Shown: in pieces, positions 23,401 to 38,400 of the stretch
Layout of the letters: the number at the start of each line of letters is the position of its first letter
Numbering within the stretch: the first letter of the stretch is position 1
DNA from: Eledone cirrhosa
Lineage: Eukaryota
Direction of reading: 5' to 3'
Length of the DNA: 64,000 nucleotides
Assembly: GCA_964016885.1 (NCBI GenBank)
Contig: OZ024740.1
Location: forward strand, 431,768,001-431,832,000
Notes under the pieces: model-generated
Databases searched by the model: none
What the model saw: the letters and a program-made list of their open reading frames with translations, nothing else
Told to the model about the DNA's origin: nothing
Program-made: the position numbers and the translations under genes

Positions 23401-26400
23401 TTACCATGTAGCCAGGGTGGCAGCAGTACACCCATGAAAGTATGACTCACTGTTACCATGTAGCCAGCGTGGCAGCTGTGTACCCATGAAAGTATGACTC
23501 ACTATTACCATGCAGCCAGGGTGGCAGCTGTGTAGCCATGAAAGTATGACTCACTGTTACCATGTAGCCAGGGTGGCAGCAGTGTAGCCATGAAAGTATG
23601 ACTGTTACCATGTAGCCAGGGTGGCAGCTGTGTACCCATGAAAGTATGACTCACTGTTACAATGTAGCCAGGGTGGCAGCTGTGTAGCCATGAAAGTATG
23701 ACTCACAGTTACCATGTAGCCAGGGTGGCAGCAGTAAACCCATGAAAGTATGACTCACTGTTACCATGTAGCCAGGGTGGCAGCTGTGTACCCATGAAAG
23801 TATGACTCACTGTTGCCATGTAGCCAGGGTGGCAGCAGTATACACAAGAAAGTAGGACTCACTGTTACCATGTAGCCAGAGTGGCAGCAGTACACCCATG
23901 AAACTGACTCACTGTTACCATGTAGCCAGGGTGGCAGTAGTGTACTCATGAAAGTATGACTCACTGTTACCATGTAGCCAGAGTGGCAGCAGTACACCCA
24001 TGAAACTGAATCACTGTTACCATGTAGCCAGGGTGGCAGTAGTGTACTCATGAAAGTATGACTCACTGTTACCATGTAGAGAGCAGTACACCCATGAAAC
24101 TGACTAACTGTTACCATGTAGCCAGGGTGGCAGCAGTACACCCATGAAACTGTGACTCAGTGTTACCATGTAGCCAGGGTGGCAGCAGTGTACCCATGAA
24201 AGTATGACTCACTGTTACCATGTAGCCAGCAGTGTACCCATGAAAATATGACTCACTGTTACCATGTAGCCAGGGTGGCAGCAGTACACCCATGAAAGTA
24301 TGACTCACTGCTACCATGTAGACAGGGTGGCAGCAGTACACCCATGAAAGTATAACTCACTGTTACCATGTAGCCAGGGTGGCAGAAGTGTACCCATGAA
24401 AGTATAACTCACTGTTACCAAGTATCCAGGTTGGCAGCAGTGTACCCATGAAAGTATGACTCAATGTTACCATGTAGGCAGGGTGGCAGCTGTGTACCCA
24501 TGAAAGTATGACTCACAGTTACCATGTAACCAGGGTGGCAGCAGTGTACCTATGAAACTGTGACTCAGTGTTACCATGTAGCCAGGGTGGCAGCAGTACA
24601 CCCATGAAAGTATAACTCACTGTTACCATGTAGCCAGGGTGGCAGAAGTGTACCCATGAAAGTATAACTCACTGTTACCAAGTATCCAGGTTGGCAGCAG
24701 TGTACCCATGAAAGTATGACTCAATGTTACCATGTAGCCAGGGTGGCAGCAGTACACCCATGAAAGTATGACTCAGTTACCATGTAGCCAGGTTGGCAGC
24801 TGAGTACCCATAAAAGTATGACTCACTGTTACCATGTAGCCAGAGTGGCAGCAGTGTAGCCATGAAAATATGACGCACTGTTACCATGTAGCCAGGGTGG
24901 CAGCTGTGTAGCCATAAAAGTATGACTCACTGTTACCATGTAGCCAGGGTGGCAGCAGTGTACCCATGAAAGTATGACTCACTGTTACCATGTAGCCAGG
25001 GTGGCAGCAGTACACCGATGAAAGTATGACTCACTGTTACCATGCAGCCAGGCTGGCAGCTGTGTACCATTGAAAGTATGACTCACTGTTACCATGTAGC
25101 CAGGGTGGCAGCAGTACACCCATGAAAGTATGACTCACTGTTCCCATGCAGCCAGGGTGGCAGCTGTGTACCCATGAAACTATGACTCACTTTTGCCATG
25201 TAGCCAGGGTGGCAGCAGTACACCCATGAAAGTATGACTCACTGTTACCATGTAGCCAGGGTGGCAGCAGTACACCCATGAAAGTATGACTCACTGTTAC
25301 CATGTAGCCAGAGTGGCAGCAGTACACCCATGAAACTGTGACTCAGTGTTACCATGTAGCCAGGGTGGCGGCAGTGAACCCATGAAAGTATGACTCACTG
25401 TTACCATGTAGCCAGGGTGGCAGCAGTACACCCATGAAAGTATGACTCACTGTTACCATGTAACCAGGGTGGCAGCAGTCAACCCATGAAACTGTGACTC
25501 ACTGTTACCATGTAACCAGGGTGGCAGCAGTGTACCCATGAAAGTATGACTCACTGTTACCATGTAGCCAGGGTGGCAGCAGTACACCCATGAAAGTATG
25601 ACTCACTGTTACCATGTAACCAGGGTGGCAGCAGTGTACCCATGAAAGTATGACTCACTGTTACCATGTAGCCAGAGTGGCCGCAGTGTACCCATGAAAG
25701 TATGATTCACTGTTACCATGTAAACAGGGTGGCAGCTGTGTAGCCATGAAAGTATGACTCACTGTTACCATGTAGCCAGGTGGCAGCAGTACACCCATGA
25801 AAGAATAACTCACTGTTACCATGTAGCCAGGGTGGCAGCAGTGTACCCATGAAACTGTGACTCAGTGTTACCATGTAGCCAGGGTGGCAGCAGTGTACCC
25901 ATCAAAGTATGACTAACTGTTACCATGTAGCCAGGGTGGCAGCTGTGTACCCATGAAAGTATGACTCACAGTTACCATGTAGCCAGGGTGGCAGCAGTGT
26001 ACCCATGAAACTGTGACTCAGTGTTACCATGTAGCCAGGGTGGCAGCAGTACACCCATGAAAGTATAACTCAGTTACCATGTAGTCAGCAGTCAACCCAT
26101 GAAACTGTGACTCACTGTTACCATGTAACCAGGGTGGCAGCAGTGTACCCATGAAAGTATGACTCACTGTTACCATGTAGCCAGGTGGCAGCAGTACATC
26201 CATGAAAGTATAACTCACTGTTACCATGGAGCCAGGGTGGCAGAAGTACGCCCATGAAAGTATGACTCACTGTTACCATGTAGCCAGGTGGCAGCAGTGT
26301 ACCCATGAAAGTATAACTCACTGTTATCATGTAGCCAGGGTGGCAGCAGTGTACCCATGAAAGTATGACTCACTGTTACCATGTAGCCAGAGTGGCAGCA

Positions 26401-29400
26401 GTACACCCATGAAACTGACTCACTGTTACCATGTAGCCATGGTGGCAGTAGTGTACTCATGAAAGTATGACTCACTGTTACCATGTAGCCAGGTGGCAGC
26501 AGTACACCCATGAAACAATAACTCACTGTTACCATGTAGCCAGGGTGGCAGCAGTGTACCCATGAAACTGTGACTCAGTGTTACCATGTAGCCAGGGTGG
26601 CAGCAGTACACCCATGAAAGTATAACTCACTGTTACCATGTAGCCAGCTGTGTACCCATAAAAGTATGACTCACTGTTACCATGTAGCCAGGGTGGCAGC
26701 TGTGTACCCCTGAATGTATGACTCACTGTTACCATGTAGCCAGGGTGGCAGCAGTGTACCCATGAAAGTATGACTCACTGTTACCATGTAGCCAGGTGGC
26801 AGCAGTGTACCCATGAAAGTATAACTCACTGTTACCATGTAGCCAGGGTGGCAGCAGTGTACCCATGAAAGTATGACTCACTGTTACCATGTAGCCAGAG
26901 TGGCTGCAATACACCCATGAAACTGACTCACTGTTACCATGTAGCCATGGTGGCAGTAGTGTACTCATGAAAGTATGACTCACAGTTACCATGTAGCCAG
27001 GGTGGCAGCAGTACACCCATGAAAGTATGACTCACTGTTACCATGTAGCCAGGGTGGCAGCTAGTGTTTCCATGAAAGTAAGACTCACTGTTACCATGTT
27101 CCCAGGGTGGCAGCTGTGTACCCATGAAAGTATGACTCACTGTTACCATGTAGCCAGGGTGGCAGCAGTGTACCCATGATAGTATGACTCACAGTTACCA
27201 TGTAGCCAGGGTGACAGCAGTACACCCATGAAAATATGACTCACTGTTACCATGTAGCCAGGATGGCAGCTGTGTACCCATGAGAGTATGACTCACTGTT
27301 ACCATGTAGCCAGGGTGGCAGCAGTGTACCCATGAAAGTATGACTCACTGTTACCATGAAGCCAGAGTGGCCGCAGTGTACCCAGGAAACTGTGACTCAG
27401 TGTTGCCACGTAGCCAGGGTGGCAGCTGTGTACCCATGAAGTATGACTCACTGTTACCATGTAGCCAGAGTGGCAGCAGTGTACCCATGAAGGTATGACT
27501 CACTGTTACCATGTAGCCAGGGTGGCAGCAGTGTACCCATGAAAGTATGACTCACTGTTACCATGTAGCCAGAGTGGCAGCAGTGTACCCATGAAACTGT
27601 GACTCAGTGTTACCATGTAGCCAGGGTGGCAGTAGTACATCCATGAAACTGACTCACTGTTACCATGTAGCCAGGGTGGCAGCAGTACACCCATGAAACT
27701 GACTCACTGTTACCATGTAGCCAGGGTGGCAGCAGTACACCCATGAAACTGACTCACTGTTACCATGTAGCCAGGGTGGCAGCAGTGTATCCATGAAAGT
27801 ATGACTCACTGTTACCATGTAGCCAGAGTGGCAGCAGTGTACCCATGAAGGTATGACTCACTGTTACCATGTAGCCAGGGTGGCAGCAGTGTACCCATGA
27901 AAGTATGACTCACTGTTACCATGTAGCCAGAGTGGCAGCAGTGTACCCATGAAACTGTGACTCAGTGTTACCATGTAGCCAGGGTGGCAGCAGTGTACCC
28001 ATGAAAGTATGACTCACTGTTACCATGTAGCCAGCAGTGTACCCATGAAAATATGACTCACTGTTACCATGTAGCCAGGGTGGCAGCAGTACACCCATGA
28101 AAGTATGACTCACTGCTACCATGTAGACAGGGTGGCAGCAGTACACCCATGAAAGTATAACTCACTGTTACCATGTAGCCAGGGTGGCAGAAGTGTACCC
28201 ATGAAAGTATAACTCACTGTTACCAAGTATCCAGGTTGGCAGCAGTGTACCCATGAAAGTATGACTCAATGTTACCATGTAGGCAGGGTGGCAGCTGTGT
28301 ACCCATGAAAGTATGACTCACAGTTACCATGTAACCAGGGTGGCAGCAGTGTACCTATGAAACTGTGACTCAGTGTTACCATGTAGCCAGGGTGGCAGCA
28401 GTACACCCATGAAAGTATAACTCACTGTTACCATGTAGCCAGGGTGGCAGAAGTGTACCCATGAAAGTATAACTCACTGTTACCAAGTATCCAGGTTGGC
28501 AGCAGTGTACCCATGAAAGTATGACTCAATGTTACCATGTAGCCAGGGTGGCAGCAGTACACCCATGAAAGTATGACTCAGTTACCATGTAGCCAGGTTG
28601 GCAGCTGAGTACCCATAAAAGTATGACTCACTGTTACCATGTAGCCAGAGTGGCAGCAGTGTAGCCATGAAAATATGACGCACTGTTACCATGTAGCCAG
28701 GGTGGCAGCTGTGTAGCCATAAAAGTATGACTCACTGTTACCATGTAGCCAGGGTGGCAGCAGTGTACCCATGAAAGTATGACTCACTGTTACCATGTAG
28801 CCAGGGTGGCAGCAGTACACCGATGAAAGTATGACTCACTGTTACCATGCAGCCAGGCTGGCAGCTGTGTACCATTGAAAGTATGACTCACTGTTACCAT
28901 GTAGCCAGGGTGGCAGCAGTACACCCATGAAAGTATGACTCACTGTTCCCATGCAGCCAGGGTGGCAGCTGTGTACCCATGAAACTATGACTCACTTTTG
29001 CCATGTAGCCAGGGTGGCAGCAGTACACCCATGAAAGTATGACTCACTGTTACCATGTAGCCAGGGTGGCAGCAGTACACCCATGAAAGTATGACTCACT
29101 GTTACCATGTAGCCAGAGTGGCAGCAGTACACCCATGAAACTGTGACTCAGTGTTACCATGTAGCCAGGGTGGCGGCAGTGAACCCATGAAAGTATGACT
29201 CACTGTTACCATGTAGCCAGGGTGGCAGCAGTACACCCATGAAAGTATGACTCACTGTTACCATGTAACCAGGGTGGCAGCAGTCAACCCATGAAACTGT
29301 GACTCACTGTTACCATGTAACCAGGGTGGCAGCAGTGTACCCATGAAAGTATGACTCACTGTTACCATGTAGCCAGGGTGGCAGCAGTACACCCATGAAA

Positions 29401-32400
29401 GTATGACTCACTGTTACCATGTAACCAGGGTGGCAGCAGTGTACCCATGAAAGTATGACTCACTGTTACCATGTAGCCAGAGTGGCCGCAGTGTACCCAT
29501 GAAAGTATGATTCACTGTTACCATGTAAACAGGGTGGCAGCTGTGTAGCCATGAAAGTATGACTCACTGTTACCATGTAGCCAGGTGGCAGCAGTACACC
29601 CATGAAAGAATAACTCACTGTTACCATGTAGCCAGGGTGGCAGCAGTGTACCCATGAAACTGTGACTCAGTGTTACCATGTAGCCAGGGTGGCAGCAGTG
29701 TACCCATCAAAGTATGACTAACTGTTACCATGTAGCCAGGGTGGCAGCTGTGTACCCATGAAAGTATGACTCACAGTTACCATGTAGCCAGGGTGGCAGC
29801 AGTGTACCCATGAAACTGTGACTCAGTGTTACCATGTAGCCAGGGTGGCAGCAGTACACCCATGAAAGTATAACTCAGTTACCATGTAGTCAGCAGTCAA
29901 CCCATGAAACTGTGACTCACTGTTACCATGTAACCAGGGTGGCAGCAGTGTACCCATGAAAGTATGACTCACTGTTACCATGTAGCCAGGTGGCAGCAGT
30001 ACATCCATGAAAGTATAACTCACTGTTACCATGGAGCCAGGGTGGCAGAAGTACGCCCATGAAAGTATGACTCACTGTTACCATGTAGCCAGGTGGCAGC
30101 AGTGTACCCATGAAAGTATAACTCACTGTTATCATGTAGCCAGGGTGGCAGCAGTGTACCCATGAAAGTATGACTCACTGTTACCATGTAGCCAGAGTGG
30201 CAGCAGTACACCCATGAAACTGACTCACTGTTACCATGTAGCCATGGTGGCAGTAGTGTACTCATGAAAGTATGACTCACTGTTACCATGTAGCCAGGTG
30301 GCAGCAGTACACCCATGAAACAATAACTCACTGTTACCATGTAGCCAGGGTGGCAGCAGTGTACCCATGAAACTGTGACTCAGTGTTACCATGTAGCCAG
30401 GGTGGCAGCAGTACACCCATGAAAGTATAACTCACTGTTACCATGTAGCCAGCTGTGTACCCATAAAAGTATGACTCACTGTTACCATGTAGCCAGGGTG
30501 GAAGCTGTGTACCCCTGAATGTATGACTCACTGTTACCATGTAGCCAGGGTGGCAGCAGTGTACCCATGAAAGTATGACTCACTGTTACCATGTAGCCAG
30601 GTGGCAGCAGTGTACCCATGAAAGTATAACTCACTGTTACCATGTAGCCAGGGTGGCAGCAGTGTACCCATGAAAGTATGACTCACTGTTACCATGTAGC
30701 CAGAGTGGCTGCAATACACCCATGAAACTGACTCACTGTTACCATGTAGCCATGGTGGCAGTAGTGTACTCATGAAAGTATGACTCACAGTTACCATGTA
30801 GCCAGGGTGGCAGCAGTACACCCATGAAAGTATGACTCACTGTTACCATGTAGCCAGGGTGGCAGCTAGTGTTTCCATGAAAGTAAGACTCACTGTTACC
30901 ATGTTCCCAGGGTGGCAGCTGTGTACCCATGAAAGTATGACTCACTGTTACCATGTAGCCAGGGTGGCAGCAGTGTACCCATGATAGTATGACTCACAGT
31001 TACCATGTAGCCAGGGTGACAGCAGTACACCCATGAAAATATGACTCACTGTTACCATGTAGCCAGGATGGCAGCTGTGTACCCATGAGAGTATGACTCA
31101 CTGTTACCATGTAGCCAGGGTGGCAGCAGTGTACCCATGAAAGTATGACTCACTGTTACCATGAAGCCAGAGTGGCCGCAGTGTACCCAGGAAACTGTGA
31201 CTCAGTGTTGCCACGTAGCCAGGGTGGCAGCTGTGTACCCATGAAGTATGACTCACTGTTACCATGTAGCCAGAGTGGCAGCAGTGTACCCATGAAGGTA
31301 TGACTCACTGTTACCATGTAGCCAGGGTGGCAGCAGTGTACCCATGAAAGTATGACTCACTGTTACCATGTAGCCAGAGTGGCAGCAGTGTACCCATGAA
31401 ACTGTGACTCAGTGTTACCATGTAGCCAGGGTGGCAGTAGTACATCCATGAAACTGACTCACTGTTACCATGTAGCCAGGGTGGCAGCAGTACACCCATG
31501 AAACTGACTCACTGTTACCATGTAGCCAGGGTGGCAGCAGTACACCCATGAAACTGACTCACTGTTACCATGTAGCCAGGGTGGCAGCAGTGTATCCATG
31601 AAAGTATGACTCACTGTTACCATGTAGCCAGAGTGGCAGCAGTGTACCCATGAAGGTATGACTCACTGTTACCATGTAGCCAGGGTGGCAGCAGTGTACC
31701 CATGAAAGTATGACTCACTGTTACCATGTAGCCAGAGTGGCAGCAGTGTACCCATGAAACTGTGACTCAGTGTTACCATGTAGCCAGGGTGGCAGTAGTA
31801 CATCCATGAAACTGACTCACTGTTACCATGTAGCCAGGATGGCAGCAGTACACCCATGAAACTGACTCACTGTTACCATGTAGCCAGGGTGGCAGCAGTA
31901 CACCCATGAAACTGACTCACTGTTACCATGTAGCCAGGGTGGCAGCAGTGTATCCATGAAAGTATGACTCACTGTTACCATGTAGCCAGCAGTGTACCTA
32001 TGAAAGTATGACTCACTGTTACCATGTAGCCAATATGGCAGCATTACACCCATGAAAGTATGACTCACTGTTACTATGTAGCCAGGGTGGCAGCAGTACA
32101 CCCATGAAACTGTGACTCAGTGTTACCATGTAGCCAAGGTGGCAGCAGTGTACCCATGAAAGTATGACTCACTGTTACCATGTAGCCAGCAGTGTACCCA
32201 TGAAAGTATGACTCACTGTTACCATGTAGCCAGGGTGGCAGCTGTACACCCATGAAAGTATGACTCACTGCTACCATGTAGCCAGGGTGGCAGCAGTGTA
32301 CCCATGAAAGTATGACTCACTGTTCCCATGTAGCCAGGGTGGCAGCAGTGTACCCATGAAAGTATGACTCACTGTTCCCATGTAGGCAGAGTGGCAGCCG

Positions 32401-35400
32401 TGTACCCATGAAAGTATGACTCACAGTTACCATGTAACCAGGGTGGCAGCAGTGTACCTATGAAACTGTGACTCAGTGTTACCATGTAGCCAGGGTGGCA
32501 GCAGTACACCCATTAAAGTATAACTCACTGTTACCATGTAGCCAGGGTGGCAGAAGTGTACCCATGAAAGTATGACTCAATGTTACCATGTAGCCAGGGT
32601 GGCAGCAGTACACCCATGAAAATATGACTCACTGTTACCATGTAGCCAGCTGTGTACCCATAAAAGTATGACTCACTGTTACCATGTAGCCAGGGTGGCA
32701 GCTGTGTAGCCATGAAATTATGACTCACTATTACCATGTAGCCAGGGTGGCAGCTGTGTACCAATGAAAGTATGAATCACTGTTACCATGTAGCCAGGGT
32801 GGCAGCAGTGTACCCATGAAAGTATGACTCACAGTTACCATGTAGCCAGAGTGGCAGCTGTGTAGCCATGAAAGTATGACTCACTGTTACCATGTAGCCA
32901 GGGTGGCAGCAGTACACCCATGAAACTATGACTCACTGTTGCCATGTAGCCAGGGTGGCAGCAGTACACCCATGAAAGTATGACTCACTGTTAGCATGTA
33001 GCCAGGGTGGCAACAGTACACCCATGAAAGTATGACTCACTGTTACCATGTAGCCAGGGTGGCAGCAGTACACCCATGAAACTGTGACTCAGTGTTACCA
33101 TGTAGCCAGGGTGGCAGCTGTGTACCCATGAAAGTATGACTCACTGTTACCATGTAGCCAGGGTGGCAGCTGTGTACCCATGAAAGTATGACTCACTGTT
33201 ACCATGTATCCAGGGTGGCAGCAGTGTACCCATGAAAGTGTGACTCACTGTTACCATGTAGCCAGGGTGGCAGCAGTACACCCATGAAAGTATGACTCAC
33301 TGTTACCATGTAGCCAGAGTGGCAGCAGTACACCCATGAAACTGACTCATTGTTACCATGTAGCCAGGGTGGCAGCTGTGTACCCATGAAAGTATGACTC
33401 ACAGTTACCATGTAGCCAGGGTGGCAGCAGTACACCCATTAAACTGACTGACTGTTACCATGTAGCCAGGGTGGCGGCAGTGAACCCATGAAAGTATGAC
33501 TCACTGTTACCATGTAGCCAGAGTGGCCGCAGTGTACCTATAAAAGTATGACTCACTGTTACCATGTAACCAGGGTGGCAGCAGTGTACCCATGAAAGTA
33601 TGACTCACTGTTACCATGTAGCCAGAGTGGCAGCAGTACACCCATGAAACTGACTCATTGTTACCATGTAGCCAGGGTGGCAGTAGTGTACTCATGAAAG
33701 TATGACTCACTGTTACCATGTAGCCAGGTGGCAGCAGTACAACCATGAAATAATAACTCACTGTTACCATGTAGCCAGGGTGGCAGCAGTACACCCATGA
33801 AAGTATAACTCACTGTTACTATGTAGCCAGGGTGGCAGCAGTGTAGCCATGAAATTATGACTAACTGTTACCATGTAGCCAGGGTGGCAGCAGTACACCA
33901 ATGAAAGTATGACTCACTGTTACCATGTAGCCAGGGTGGCAGCTGTGTACCCATGAAAGTATGACTCACTGTTACCATGCAGCCAGGGTGGCAGCTGTGT
34001 ACCATTGGAAGTATGACTCACTGTTACCATGTAGCCAGGGTGGCAGCAGTACACCCATGAAACTATGACTCACTGTTGCGATGTAGCCAGGGTGGCAGCA
34101 GTACACCCATGAAAGTATGACTCACTGTTACCATGTAGCCAGGGTGGCAGCAGTACACCCATGAAAGTATGACTCACTGTTACCATGTAGCCAGAGTGGC
34201 AGCAGTACACCCATGAAACTGTGACTCAGTGTTACCATGTAGCCAGGGTGGCAGCTGTGTACCCATGAAAGTATGTCTCACTGTTACCATGTAGCCAGGG
34301 TGGCAGCAGTGTACCCATGAAAGTATGACTCACTGTTACCATGTAGCCAAAGTGGCAGCAGTACACCCATGAAAGTATGACTCACTGTTACCATGTAGCC
34401 AGGGTGGCAGCTGTGTACCCATGAAAGTATGACTCACAGTTACCATGTAGCCAGGGTGGCAGGAGTACACCCATAAAAGTATGACTCACTGTTACCATGT
34501 AGCCAGGGTGGCAGCTGTGTACCCATGAAAGTATGACTCACTGTTACCATGTAGCCAGGGTGGCAGCTGTGTACCCATAAAAGTATGACTCACTGTTACC
34601 ATGTAGCCAGGGTGGCAGCTGTGTAGCCATGAAATTATGACTCACTATTACCATGTAGCCAGGGTGGCAGCTGTGTACCAATGAAAGTATGACTCACTGT
34701 TACCATGTAGCCAGGGTGGCAGCAGTGTACCCATGAAAGTATGACTCACTGTTACCATGAAGCCAGAGTGGCCGCAGTGTACCCATGAAACTGTGACTCA
34801 GTGTTGCCACGTAGCCAGGGTGGCAGCTGTGTACCCATGAAGTATGACTCACTGTTACCATGTAGCCAGAGTGGCAGCAGTGTACCCATGAAGGTATGAC
34901 TCACTGTTACCATGTAGCCAGGGTGGCAGCAGTGTACCCATGAAAGTATGACTCACTGTTACCATGTAGCCAATGTGGCAGCAGTACACCCATGAAAGTA
35001 TGACTCACTGTTACTATGTAGCCAGGGTGGCAGCAGTACACCCATGAAACTGTGACTCAGTGTTACCATGTAGCCAAGGTGGCAGCAGTGTACCCATGAA
35101 AGTATGACTCACTGTTACCATGTAGCCAGCAGTGTACCCATGAAAGTATGACTCACTGTTACCATGTAGCCAGGGTGGCAGCAGTGTACCCATGAAAGTA
35201 TGACTCACTGCTACCATTATGCCAGGGTGGCAGCAGTACACCCATGAAAGTATGACTCACTGTTACCATGTAGCCAGGGTGGCAGCAGTGTACCCATGAA
35301 AGTATGACTCACTGTTACCATGTAGGCAGGGTGGCAGCCGTGTACCCATGAAAGTATGACTCACAGTTACCATGTAACCAGGGTGGCAGCAGTGTACCTA

Positions 35401-38400
35401 TGAAACTGTGACTCAGTGTTACCATGTAGCGAGGGTGGCAGCAGTACACCCATGAAAGTATAACTCACTGTTACCATGTAGCCAGGGTGGCAGAAGTGTA
35501 CCCATGAAAATATGACTCACTGTTACCATGTAGCCAGCTGTGTACCCATAAAAGTATGACTCACTATTACCATGTAGCCAGGGTGGAAGCTGTGTACCAA
35601 TGAAAGTATGACTCACTGTTACCATGTAGCCAGGGTGGCAGCAGTGTACCCATGAAAGTATGACTCACTGTTACCATGTAGCCAGGGTGGCAACAGTGTA
35701 GCCATGAAATTATGACTAACTGTTACCATGTAGCCAGGGTGGCAGCTGTGTAGCCATGAAAGTATGACTCACTGTTACCATGTAGCCAGGGTGGCAGCAG
35801 TACACCCATGAAAGTATGACTCACTGTTACCATGTAGCCAAGGTGGCAGCAGTACACCCATGAAAGTATGACTCACTGTTACCATGTAGCCAGAGTGGCA
35901 GCAGTACACCTATGAAACTGTGACTCAGTGTTACCATGTAGCCAGGGTGGCAGCTGTGTACCCATGAAAGTATGACTCACAGTTACCATGTAGCCAGGGT
36001 GGCAGCAGTACACCCATGAAACTGTGACTCAGTGTTACCATGTAGCCAGGGTGGCAGCTGTGTACCCATGAAAGTATGACTCACTGTTACCATGTAGCCA
36101 GGGTGGCAGCTGTGTACCCATGAAAGTATGACTCACTGTTACCATGTAGCCAGGGTGGCAGCAGTACACCCATGAAAGTATGACTCACTGTTACCATGTA
36201 GCCAGAGTGGCAGCAGTACACCCATGAAACTGTGACTCAGTGTTACCATGTAGCCAGGGTGGCAGCTGTGTACCCATGAAAGTATGACTCACTGTTACCA
36301 TGTAGCCAGGGTGGCAGCTGTGTACCCATGAAAGTATGACTCACTGTTACCATGTAGCCAGGGTGGCAGCAGTGTACCCATGAATGTATGACTCACTGTT
36401 ACCATGTAGCCAGGGTGGCAGCAGTACACCCATGAAAGTATGACTCACTGTTACCATGTAGCCAGGGTGGCAGCTGTGTACCCATGAAAGTATGACTCAC
36501 AGTTACCATGTAGCCAGGGTGGCAGCAGTACACCCATGAAACTGACTGATTGTTACCATGTAGCCAGGGTGGGGACAGTGAACCCATGAAAGTATGACTC
36601 ACTGTTACCATGTAGCCAGAGTGGCCGCAGTGTACCCATGAAAGTATGACTCACTGTTACCATGTAGCCAGGTGGCAGCAGTACACCCATGAAACTGACT
36701 CACTGTTACCATGTAGCCAGGGTGGCAGTAGTGTACTCATGAAAGTATGACTCACTGTTACCATGTAGCCAGGTGGCAGCAGTACACCCATGAAATAATA
36801 ACTCACTGTTACCATGTAGCCAGGGTGGCAGCAGTGTAACCATGAAACTGTGACTCAGTGTTACCATGTAGCCAGGGTGGCAGCAGTACACCCATGAAAG
36901 TATAACTCACTGTTACTATGTATCCAGGGTGGCAGCAGTGTAGCCATGAAATTATGACTAACTGTTACCATGTAGCCAGGGTGGCAGCAGTACACCAATG
37001 AAAGTATGACTCACTGTTACCATGCAGCCAGGGTGGCAGCTGTGTAACATTGGAAGTATGACTCACTGTTACCATGTAGCCAGGGTGGCAGCAGTACACC
37101 CATGAAAGTATGACTCACTGTTACCATGTAGCCAGAGTGGCAGCAGTACACCCATGAAACTGTGACTCAGTGTTACCATGTAGTCAGGGTGGCAGCAGTA
37201 CACCCATGAAAGTATGACACACTGTTACCATGTAGCCAGGGTGGCAGCTGTGTACCCATGAAAGTATGACTCACAGTTACCATGTAGCCAGGGTGGCAGC
37301 AGTACACCCATAAAAGTATGACTCACTGTTACCATGTAGCCAGGGTGGCAGCTGTGTACCCATGAAAGTATGACTCACTGTTACCATGTAGCCTGGGTGG
37401 CAGCTGTGTACCCATGAAAGTATGACTCACTGTTACCATGTAGCCAGGGTGGCAGCAGTACACCCATGAAAGTATGACTCACTGTTACCATGTAGCCAGG
37501 GTGGCAGCAGTACACCCATGAAACTGACTCAGTGTTACCATGTAGCCAGGGTGGCAGCAGTACACCCATGAAACTGTGACTCAGTGTTACCATGTAGCCA
37601 GGGTGGCAGCTGTGTACCTATGAAAGTATGACTCCCTGTTACCATGTAGCCAGGGGAGCAGCAGTATGCCCATGAAACTGACCAGTGTTACCATGTAGTC
37701 AGCGTGGCAGCAGTACACCCATGAAAGTATGACTGTTACCATGTAGCCAGGGTGGCAGCAGTACACCCATGAAAGTATGAGTCACTGTTACATGTAACCA
37801 GGGTGGAAGCAGTACACCCATGAAACTGTGACTCACTGTTACCATGTAGCCAGGGTGGTAGCAGTACACCCATGAAACTGTGACTCACTGTTACCATGTA
37901 GCCAGGGTGGCAGCAGTGACCCATGAAAGTATGACTCACTGTTACCATGTAGCCAGGGTGGCAGCAGTACACCCATGAAAGTATGACACACAGTTACCAT
38001 GTAGCCAAGGTGGCATCAGTGTACCCATGAAAGTATGACTCACTATTACCATGTAGGCAGGGTGGCAGCAGTACACCCATGAAGGTATGACTCACTGTTA
38101 CAATGTAACCACGGTGGCAGTAGGGTACCCATGAAACTGTGACTCACTGTTACCATGTAGCCAGGGTGGCAGCAGTACACCCTTGAAACTTTGACTCAGT
38201 TTTCAGCAGTGTACCCATGAAAGTAAGACTCACTGTTACCATGTAGCCAGAGTGGCAGCAGTACACCCATGAAAGTATGACTCACTGTTACCATGTAACC
38301 ACGGTGGCAGTAGGGTACCCATGAAACTGTGACTCACTGTTACCATGTAGCCAGGGTGGCAGCAGTACACCCATGAAAGTATGACTCACTGTTGCCATGT

